Source of the DNA: Verrucomicrobiota bacterium
Lineage (GTDB): Bacteria > Verrucomicrobiota > Verrucomicrobiia > Limisphaerales > AV2
Length of the DNA stretch: 64,000 nucleotides
NCBI GenBank assembly: GCA_003218515.1
Contig: QHNT01000055.1
Coordinates: 10,644-74,643, forward strand
Direction: 5' to 3'
Part shown: one piece after another, positions 57,266 to 64,000 of the stretch
Layout: the number at the start of each line of letters is the position of its first letter
Numbering within the stretch: position 1 is the stretch's first letter
Notes under the pieces: generated by a model
What the model was told of the DNA's origin: nothing
What the model saw: only the letters and a program-made list of their open reading frames with translations
The model's database searches: none
Made by a program: the position numbers and the translations under genes

Positions 57266-57445
57266 TGGTGAGGAAGTGGCTTCCATCTCCGTTTTCACGT
57301 CGGCTTTCGTTTTGTTGCCTCGGACCACCCAGCATTGTCCCGACTCGAACTAGACCGGGAATCGATGGCCCAGAAGCTCGGCGGCTGGTGCGTAAATTAA
57401 AATAGTGGATTGCTGGTAGCTATGGGGTCTCTCCCTATTCTTCGT
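57230..57445 (-). repeat. Leader + 5' coding end of the antiterminator gene (copy A of a duplicated ~210-nt segment)
   Basis: Aligns block-wise with 58105-58315. Shared minus-strand blocks include acgaaNaataggga, accccatagNtaccag, ttcccgg, tagttcgag, ccgaggc, gagatggaNgcNacttcctc and gcggagctttgc. Confidence 0.7.
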
Positions 57446-57966
57446 AAAAATCCGGTTACAGTACTGTTGCAGCTCGACAGCGGGTCGGCCTTCCGGAACC
57501 CGCCAACACTGGAGTTGGCCACGCGGTAACCTTCCAGCCAGCCGTCAATCGCGCCCGCATGGTTGTGAATGGACAGAGCCCACGGAATCTCGACCTCGAC
57601 TTGACGCAGGTACAGGTCTTGAAAAACCATCGGCGCGGCTGGTGAATCCAGTCCGTTGCGTTGTGGACCGTGGAGTCCGTCCTCATAAACATCAGTATCA
57701 TCAGAATTACTGACGCCTCTACCTTCCCGCTGTTCAATCGCCGTGTGATAGATACATTCCGTCTGGGAGGCAAACGCCCGACGCAGCAATGGGCTGATGA
57801 CCCCATGTCGTTTACTCCCTTTGTTGCAGGAACCACAAATCACAAACTTGTGCGTGAACCTCTTCAACTTGGTTGAACAAAGTTTGGTGTCGCGGGCGCA
57901 GTTCAGCGCAGGTGAACCGTGAGGTTTCAGAGGATCTGAAACAGTGACAGAAAATCGTTGCACCAC
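57397..57966 (-). CDS. Hypothetical ORF (GTG start) in an AT-richer gap; no family recognised
   Basis: 189-codon ORF only. Its 3' end overlaps leader copy A. No RBS or motif that I can name. Confidence 0.15.
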   Translation of the reverse strand: MVQRFSVTVSDPLKPHGSPALNCARDTKLCSTKLKRFTHKFVICGSCNKGSKRHGVISPLLRRAFASQTECIYHTAIEQREGRGVSNSDDTDVYEDGLHGPQRNGLDSPAAPMVFQDLYLRQVEVEIPWALSIHNHAGAIDGWLEGYRVANSSVGGFRKADPLSSCNSTVTGFLRRIGRDPIATSNPLF

Positions 57967-58104
57967 TACAGAGAGGCGATTCTGCGCTGATTAGTTGCCG
58001 TCCTACAAAGGCCAAACGGGCGGCATAAAGCCAAACCATGATTCAACGGAAAAGTCCTTACAGAACACCGTCGAATCCGTACGGATGCAAAAACCAAGCT
58101 GGCT

Positions 58105-58315
58105 TTCTTCGACAAGCGCAAAGCTCCGCACTTCGCGAGGAAGTTGCCTCCATCTCGGTTTTCGCATCGGCTTGGATTTTGGCCTCGGCCCATATCCTGG
58201 ATCGTCCTTGCTCGAACTACGCCGGGAACCTATCCCATGGAGAACCTTCGGCCAACCCGCAGCGTAAGACAGTGGTTTACTGGTATCTATGGGGTTTATT
58301 CCCTATTTTCGTACT
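58105..58315 (-). repeat. Copy B of the antiterminator leader, followed by a truncated NGN-like start (...AWFLHPYGFDGVL*)
   Basis: Block-wise similarity to 57230-57445. The similarity continues through tgcatccgtacg (58078-58089), then diverges and hits a stop. Confidence 0.65.
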
Positions 58316-58759
58316 GGGTCCACCACGCCCGACAAACAACAGTCACGACCTGAAATCGACATCGGTAATGACCGTATATTCCCTGTCACCAGGGGTTGGA
58401 AGCCATTCTACGGAGAAGCCACAACTCGCAGCGCAAGGTCAGTGACTTCGCAGCAGGAACAAAAAACCTTGCACGCCTTTTTCCACCAACGCTGCTCCCG
58501 ATTCAGAAGCGATCGACCCGGATGAGTTGGCGTCCTACAAATACATCTCCGATGAAGCTTACGCCCCGCGTGAAACGGACGAGCAGAAAGCCAAAAAATG
58601 CCGCCGCAGGATGTTGACTTTCGACGGAAGCAGAACAGAAGAAGCTGGACGTTAATCCGGCGCGCGCCGCTATCTTCGGAATTTAAGTTCCCGAATCGCG
58701 ACGGATTGAAATCGAGTTGTCCCAAATGCGGCGATACGGGATAAGGCGCGATAAGGAGA

Positions 58760-61700
58760 TCAGGGACGCGTTATCACACTGTAAAACCGATTCCCAACCA
58801 CGTAGTCAGACCGAGAGGTGATTGTATTGGTAGCGGTCTGGTCAGCGCCCAAAGTCTCCCATGCGGCCTCGGTTAGATTCGTCTTGTACACGACTCGATA
58901 GGTTTTGCCCGGCATCGTCGGCCAGGCGAGCGTGACATAGCCGGCTGTGCCAAATGCAATCGAGGAAATTCTGACTGGCGGTGTTGTGGTTGAAAAAACG
59001 ACGTTAGGAACGTAATCGGGATCGTTCGTGACGAGGATCTGATCCAGCCCTGTGCCTGATTCCCGCGCGCGAAACACAATGCTGTGCAGTCCCGCACCCA
59101 ACCGAAACGTTCGAGGGTTGATTGCGAGCGCAGTTGTGAAATTAGTACCGCCCCGTCCATTGACAACCGTCCACTGCCACGCATTCGTCCTGGTGCCTTC
59201 GGCGGTGTCGTAGATATCTTCGCTTCCGCCGTCCACAGAGACGTAAAAGGAATCGCGACTGTCGTCCGGTGAAAGCACCCGACTCCAGATGGAATAAACA
59301 CCGGAAACTGGAATGTTTACGTCAAATGTGACACTGCCCGAATCAGAGATGGAGGACAGAATGAATTGGCCCTGACCGGCGTTCGTATCAGAGGCTACGG
59401 CCATGGGAGGAACCAATCCGGCTGACTCGGCTTCGAACGGCAGATAGACGTACGTGGGAACTGTGGCTGGGTTAACCGTCAACAAAAAGCTCGTGCTGGT
59501 CGTGGCAATGCCATCACTGACCGTCACGGTGATGGTTGCGGTGCCGGACTGAGTTCCTGCGGGGATGGCGGCAACAGTTCGATTGGAACCTGATCCAGCG
59601 AAGACAATGTTGCTTTTGGGAACCAACGCAGGGTCGGATGAACTGCCCGATACCGTGAGGCTGCTGGCCGCTGTCTCCGCATCGCTCACTGTAAAAGCAA
59701 GCGTGGTCAGGGTGCCCGCGCTGATGGTTTGATTGGCAATGCTCGAGATTTTTGGCGCCGTGTTCGGATTGTTGACGACGACTGAGAGGGCAGTCGCCGT
59801 GGACTGATTGCCGGCGGCGTCCCGCGCCACTACACTGAGCGTGTGCGTACCGTTCGCAATCGTCGTCGTGTTCCACGTCACGCTGTACGGCGCGCCGGTG
59901 TCTTCGGCACCCAGATTGGCCCCGTCCAGTTTGAATTGCACTCCAACGACGCCGACGTTGTCTCTCGCGTCAGCTGAAACCGCAACCGACGAGCCGGTCA
60001 CCGTCGCGTTGTTCGCGGGTGCGGTGAGCGAAACCGTTGGTGAGGTCGTGTCACCGGGCGGCGGCCCGCCGTTGCTGTCGAGGATAGTCAAGCTGAGGGA
60101 ATTCGGCGTGCCGACGCTGTAGTTGGCACCGGGTTGAATCGTCAGCGTCGCCGTCTCAGTGCCTTCGACAATATTGTCGGCCGCCGCCATGACCGTGATG
60201 GTCGCTGTGTTGGCGCCGGCCGGAATCGTGAACGTGTCCGGCATGTCTCCTTGCGCCGGACGGCGGTAATCATCCCACTTGGTGGCTGTGCCGCTGAACG
60301 TCAAGCTCACCGCCAGGTCGCCGGCCGTGCTGCCCGTGCGCGCGAGTGTAAACGAGGCCGTGTCGGTCGGCCCTTCCGTCGCCGTCGTATCCGCGCTGCT
60401 CACCGTCACCGTTGGTAGTGGCGTCGGAGTCGAGTTGCTCACCACCACGGACACGGAGTTCGCTGTCGTTTGTTTGCCAGCCGAGTCCCGGGCCACCGCC
60501 GTCAAGGTGTGCGTACCGTTCGGAATCGTCGTCGTGTTCCACATCACGCTGTACGGCGCGCCGGTGTCCTCGGCACCCAGATTGGCCCCGTCCAGTTTGA
60601 ACTGCACTCCCGCCACGCCGACGTTGTCCGTGGCGTTGGCGGAAACCGTAACCGACGAGCCCGACACCGTCGCGTTGTTCGCCGGGGCATTCAAGGAAAC
60701 CGTGGGGGGAATCGTGTCGGTATTGCCATATCGATAGGCGCCCAGGTCCCACCCTCCGGAGGCCGCTCGCGCTGCGCCGTCTTTGTCGGTGGTAAAGAAT
60801 GAGGAAAGATTCAGTCCGGCATTGATGGCAGGTGAACCGGCTCCCAGGTGCGAATCGAAACCCGCTGAACTGGAATTCACGAAGAGTGGCGCGACAGAGA
60901 TCGTCGTCCCTCGCGTGTAGGAATAATCCGATCCTCCATTGACGAAATTGTAGTCTCCGGAGCCATTCCCGAACAAGAGATTGTGATCGATGACGACGCC
61001 GCTGCCATGGGCATCCCAGGAGTTGATCCCGTAACTGCCGTTCTGGTAAATGATATTGTTTTTGATGTCCACGCCGTTGAGAGCCTGCCAGAGGATGACC
61101 CCGCTGGTGCCGTTAAAGGCCACCACGTTGTTGTAAACTTTCATGTTGCTCACCGTGGTGTAGCCGGCGATCTGCAGGCCGGTGGCCGCATTGCGGACCG
61201 ACACGTTATTGAGGACGATCTCATTGGCGCCGCACAGATACAATCCATGATCGAGATTGCTGCCCGGGCGTCCGTTGTCGTGAATGTAGTTCGCCGTATA
61301 GATATTATTACGGGTGCCTTCGTTGGAATAGACGCCATCTTTGCCATTGGTACTGGTGCTGGCGGGGTTGCCGTTGTGATGGATTTCGTTGTTGACGATT
61401 TGATTGGAATTTCCCCAGATCGTGACGCCGCCGTTGGGACCTCCCCTGATTTCAAATCCATCAACGATATTGTAACTGCCGTCAATATAGATGCCCTCGT
61501 TGCGATCCGAGGCGTTCTGTCCATCGATGATTGCCCCGCCTCTGACCTGGGATCTCAGCACGATGGGGCTGGATGCGCTGCCGCTAGCGCCGAGCCGAAG
61601 CCCCCAGCCGCTGGTATGGTCGGTGTACACCCCGGGCATTACGATGATGGTGGTGCCAGGGCCGGCCAGGCTGTAGGCGCGGGTAATCGTCCGGAATGGC

Positions 61701-61828
61701 TGCGCCGAAGTTCCGGGGTTCGAATCGCTGCCTTGGGTGGATACATAGAAATCAGCCGCTCGGACACTGACAACGCCCAGGCTTAGGATGAGTAACGCAA
61801 GCCGGTAAACAGAAACTTCAATTCTCAT
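58760..61828 (-). CDS. Large secreted protein: beta-helix (pectate-lyase fold) - Ig-like - Calx-beta-like - Ig-like - cadherin/Ig-like - CBM-like - ...RFYSV tail domain
   Basis: Signal peptide MRIEVSVYRLALLILSLGVVSVRA. DFYVSTQGSDSNPGTSAQPFRTI plus NosD-like repeats. Two 92-aa Ig modules (PTVSL.APANNATV.GSSV.VSA.A.DNVGV.GVQFKLDGANLGAEDTGAPYSV.WNTT). A Calx-like segment, the FEAESA... CBM-like domain, and the tail ...LAWPTMPGKTYRVVYKTNLTEAAW...GNRFYSVITRP. Confidence 0.75.
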   Translation of the reverse strand: MRIEVSVYRLALLILSLGVVSVRAADFYVSTQGSDSNPGTSAQPFRTITRAYSLAGPGTTIIVMPGVYTDHTSGWGLRLGASGSASSPIVLRSQVRGGAIIDGQNASDRNEGIYIDGSYNIVDGFEIRGGPNGGVTIWGNSNQIVNNEIHHNGNPASTSTNGKDGVYSNEGTRNNIYTANYIHDNGRPGSNLDHGLYLCGANEIVLNNVSVRNAATGLQIAGYTTVSNMKVYNNVVAFNGTSGVILWQALNGVDIKNNIIYQNGSYGINSWDAHGSGVVIDHNLLFGNGSGDYNFVNGGSDYSYTRGTTISVAPLFVNSSSAGFDSHLGAGSPAINAGLNLSSFFTTDKDGAARAASGGWDLGAYRYGNTDTIPPTVSLNAPANNATVSGSSVTVSANATDNVGVAGVQFKLDGANLGAEDTGAPYSVMWNTTTIPNGTHTLTAVARDSAGKQTTANSVSVVVSNSTPTPLPTVTVSSADTTATEGPTDTASFTLARTGSTAGDLAVSLTFSGTATKWDDYRRPAQGDMPDTFTIPAGANTATITVMAAADNIVEGTETATLTIQPGANYSVGTPNSLSLTILDSNGGPPPGDTTSPTVSLTAPANNATVTGSSVAVSADARDNVGVVGVQFKLDGANLGAEDTGAPYSVTWNTTTIANGTHTLSVVARDAAGNQSTATALSVVVNNPNTAPKISSIANQTISAGTLTTLAFTVSDAETAASSLTVSGSSSDPALVPKSNIVFAGSGSNRTVAAIPAGTQSGTATITVTVSDGIATTSTSFLLTVNPATVPTYVYLPFEAESAGLVPPMAVASDTNAGQGQFILSSISDSGSVTFDVNIPVSGVYSIWSRVLSPDDSRDSFYVSVDGGSEDIYDTAEGTRTNAWQWTVVNGRGGTNFTTALAINPRTFRLGAGLHSIVFRARESGTGLDQILVTNDPDYVPNVVFSTTTPPVRISSIAFGTAGYVTLAWPTMPGKTYRVVYKTNLTEAAWETLGADQTATNTITSRSDYVVGNRFYSVITRP

Positions 61829-62006
61829 GCACTGAGATTGAAGTCCTCACCTCCGTGCAGGAATCAGTGGCCGTCTGATCTTTCCGTAAGCATCCGTCTG
61901 TTTCTTCTGTCAGTCTCTGTCCGACGCGCCCTGCGGCCAAAAGCGCCGTCGGCTGGGCATCCGCGACGAAAGTCTGATGGGGTTCGTCCCAGCCCCTATC
62001 TTGTCA

Positions 62007-64000
62007 TTATCCTGTGACCTTGACCTCTCTCGCGTGTTCCCGCGATCGCCGGGGTTTGCCGGCTCGCAACACGCGCAGCGTGAACCCGCGACCATTGTCG
62101 AAATGCTCAACCCGAGCCTCGATTTCCAACACGGGATAGCGCACGGTTGCCAGGCCGTAACTCTTGTAAGTCTGCGCGAATAGTTCGGTTTCGACGATGC
62201 CCGTCCAGTCGGCCAGTGACAGAAACTTCATTGGCTCGCCGGTTATCTGGTGGTGAGCGCGTTGCTCGACGACGAGTCCGCAGGTGGTGACGGTCTCACC
62301 GACGAATTCACCGAGCCGATTCACGGGACAGTACGTGTCCCAGGCAACGTCCGCGAATAATTCCAGCGGGTGTCCGCTGACGGCAAAACCGAACAGGTCG
62401 GTTTCCCATTCCAAGCATTCACGGCGGCTTGGCTCATGGAGAGCCTCCATTCGCTTTTGCGCACGCATTGGGACCATGAACCACCCCTCACCCGACCTTC
62501 GGCCACCCTCTCCCCATCGGATGGGGAGAGGGGGCGGTTCATGGAAAGCCCCCTTTCGTTTTTCGCATGCATTGGGACCATGAACCACCCCCTCACCCGA
62601 CCTCCGGGCACCCTCTCCCCCTCCGAGGGGGAGAGGGATGGGGTGAGGGGGTGGTTCATGGAGAGGGATGCCGGGCAAGTGTTGCCAGCCGGGCGGTGGA
62701 ATGAGCCAGCCCTGGTTCGGCTCTACGCCCGCGCCGTAGGTCTTGAGCAGATGCTGGGCTTGCCAAAACTGGCGCGTCCGAGTCTCGCCAAATTCGTCGA
62801 ACGCTCCCACGCGGATCATCGCTTCCAGTTCCTCTCCCGCAGGAGCGACTCGATGAAAGAAATCCGCCAATGACTCAAACGGCCCGCGCTCGCGAGCGTC
62901 GAGGATCGCGTCCTTCGTGCGCGTCGTGAGTCCTTTCACCCGCGTCAATGGCACGCGGATGGAGTTGCCCTGCGGCACGAAGGCCGGTCCGGGTTCGTTG
63001 GTCGATGGCGGCGACAACTTCAATCCGAGCCGATGACATTCGAGGACATAAACAATCGGGTGGTAAAAGCCCTTGCCGTTGGTTAGCACGGCGGCCATGA
63101 ACTCGGCGGGAAAGTAGCGTTTGAGCCACGCCGATTGATACGCTTCGACGCCGTAAGCGGTGCTGTGCGCTTTGCAGAAGGCGTATCCAGCGAAGCCGGT
63201 GACCAGTCCCCACACTTCGGCGGTCTTCTCGGGCGAATGGCCGCGCGCTTGGGCGGACTCGAAAAACTCGCCGCGAATTTCCTCAATGAGGGCGCGCTTT
63301 TGTTTATTGAGAGCGCGCCGGAGCACGTCCGCCCGCCCGGGCGGCAAGCCGGCGAACGCTTCGCAGAGTTGCAGGATATGTTCCTCATAAACCACCAGCC
63401 CATAGGTGCTCCGCAGGCACGCTTCCAGTGACGGATGCGGATAGGTGACCGGCTCAAGACCTTGGTAGCGCCGTGTGAAGGCCAGCTTCTTGCCTTCGTT
63501 GGCCGCGCCGGGCCGAATGACGCTGACGATGGCAATCAGTCCGTCAATTTCGCGCACGTTGCACATCCGGCAGAGGCTTGTCATCGCCGGGCTTTCGATG
63601 TGATGGACTGCCCGCGCACTGCCGCTGGCGATCATCTCCCACACATTCGGGCCGCGCCACGGTTCGGGCGCTTGCGGGTCGCCGAGCAGCAAGCGGCCAT
63701 CGGATTTGTCCCGCGCAATACACCGGTCCAGGTCCACTTCGATGCCGCGCTCGCCGAGCATGGTTTTCACGTCGCGCATGGCCGCAAGTCCGCCCTGCGC
63801 GAGAATGTCCATCTTAACGAGGCCGATGGCTTCCACCGCGTCCATGTCAAAGTGCGTCGTGGCGTAGCCCTTGTTGGCGATGAAGGTCGGCGTCAACTGG
63901 TGCAGCGGCTGGCGTGAGAGCACGAGCCCGCACGGATGCATCTTGGGGTAGCGCGGCACGCCGTCGAGGAACTCCGCCATTTGCAGGGCCGTCCGGTAAG
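62007..64000 (-). CDS. dnaE: DNA polymerase III alpha subunit family (DnaE or DnaE2), C-terminal ~660 codons; 5' end outside the window
   Basis: ...KMHPCGLVLSRQPL..., KMDILAQGGL, ...FCKAHSTAYGVEAYQSAWLKRYFPAEFMAAVL..., and an OB-fold tail. The frame is open to the window edge. Confidence 0.8.
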   Translation of the reverse strand, partial: YRTALQMAEFLDGVPRYPKMHPCGLVLSRQPLHQLTPTFIANKGYATTHFDMDAVEAIGLVKMDILAQGGLAAMRDVKTMLGERGIEVDLDRCIARDKSDGRLLLGDPQAPEPWRGPNVWEMIASGSARAVHHIESPAMTSLCRMCNVREIDGLIAIVSVIRPGAANEGKKLAFTRRYQGLEPVTYPHPSLEACLRSTYGLVVYEEHILQLCEAFAGLPPGRADVLRRALNKQKRALIEEIRGEFFESAQARGHSPEKTAEVWGLVTGFAGYAFCKAHSTAYGVEAYQSAWLKRYFPAEFMAAVLTNGKGFYHPIVYVLECHRLGLKLSPPSTNEPGPAFVPQGNSIRVPLTRVKGLTTRTKDAILDARERGPFESLADFFHRVAPAGEELEAMIRVGAFDEFGETRTRQFWQAQHLLKTYGAGVEPNQGWLIPPPGWQHLPGIPLHEPPPHPIPLPLGGGEGARRSGEGVVHGPNACEKRKGAFHEPPPLPIRWGEGGRRSGEGWFMVPMRAQKRMEALHEPSRRECLEWETDLFGFAVSGHPLELFADVAWDTYCPVNRLGEFVGETVTTCGLVVEQRAHHQITGEPMKFLSLADWTGIVETELFAQTYKSYGLATVRYPVLEIEARVEHFDNGRGFTLRVLRAGKPRRSREHAREVKVTG
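62434..62665. repeat. Two tandem composite repeat units (catgga-type module + GC-rich palindrome) inserted in frame in the dnaE-family gene
   Basis: Unit 1 is about 62434-62539 and unit 2 about 62540-62665. Unit 2 holds a long imperfect palindrome, tgaaccaccccctcaccc...ccctctcccc-ctccga-gggggagaggg...ggggtgagggggtggttca. The palindrome core is the same family as 28587-28641 and 29822-29875. Confidence 0.85.

Noticed and set aside
42129-57328. Calling the EPS locus a PEP-CTERM/exosortase system
   Set aside because: The gene content is suggestive, but no exosortase (EpsH) gene and no PEP-CTERM-tailed protein are visible in this window. It is kept only as a hypothesis inside a finding.
57335-57360. 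tRNA-like T-loop string (tagttcgagtcggga) in the antiterminator leader
   Set aside because: No acceptor, D or anticodon arms can be drawn around it. In copy B the flanking stem is not maintained.
62434-62665. Possibility that the dnaE insertion is an intein
   Set aside because: It is far too short. It lacks intein block motifs and the terminal Cys/Ser...His-Asn residues. It is composed of the same repeat family seen elsewhere in the window.

Overview
GC-rich bacterial chromosomal window. The repeat elements and protein tails look Verrucomicrobiota/Planctomycetota-like to me, but that is unverified. **Left ~10 kb:** the 3' end of a secreted-protein gene, efp, a PfkB kinase, and an Rrf2 regulator divergent from a porin-sbp-cysT-cysW-cysA sulfate-uptake operon. 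An SDR epimerase and an S1/P1-type nuclease follow. **~57.3 kb down to ~10.5 kb:** every gene I can support lies on the minus strand. The array opens with a NusG/RfaH-like antiterminator, then a Wza/Wzc/Wzx-type exopolysaccharide (EPS) locus. That locus holds a beta-helix protein, an OM barrel, a CapK-FemAB-DUF2334-AsnB tailoring cassette, a Wzy/ligase-like protein, GT4/GT2 glycosyltransferases, a deacetylase, a methyltransferase, a DegT aminotransferase, a sugar-phosphate transferase and a CapD dehydratase. It runs without strand change into a hybrid PKS-NRPS cluster: a DH-FkbM-FkbH-ACP loading enzyme, an O-methyltransferase, an ACP, an acyl-CoA-dehydrogenase-like enzyme, a Ser-type A domain, KS-AT-KR-CP, a two-module NRPS, and a docking-domain thioesterase with Cys at the nucleophile position. 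**Right end:** a 1022-aa beta-helix/Ig/Calx/CBM protein and a partial dnaE-family gene. **Main second-look items:** (1) the EPS-to-PKS/NRPS co-directional array headed by a NusG paralog; (2) the unusual loading megaenzyme; (3) NRPS module 2 carries two lesions, loss of the HH motif and a C-A junction frameshift; (4) GC-rich palindromic repeat elements sit in frame inside coding genes, including dnaE; (5) a 59-nt patch of the sugar-transferase gene is copied into a broken CapD gene; (6) the antiterminator leader and 5' end are duplicated; (7) three secreted proteins share a C-terminal ...RFYR[VL] tail. I found no CRISPR array, tRNA, rRNA or transposase.
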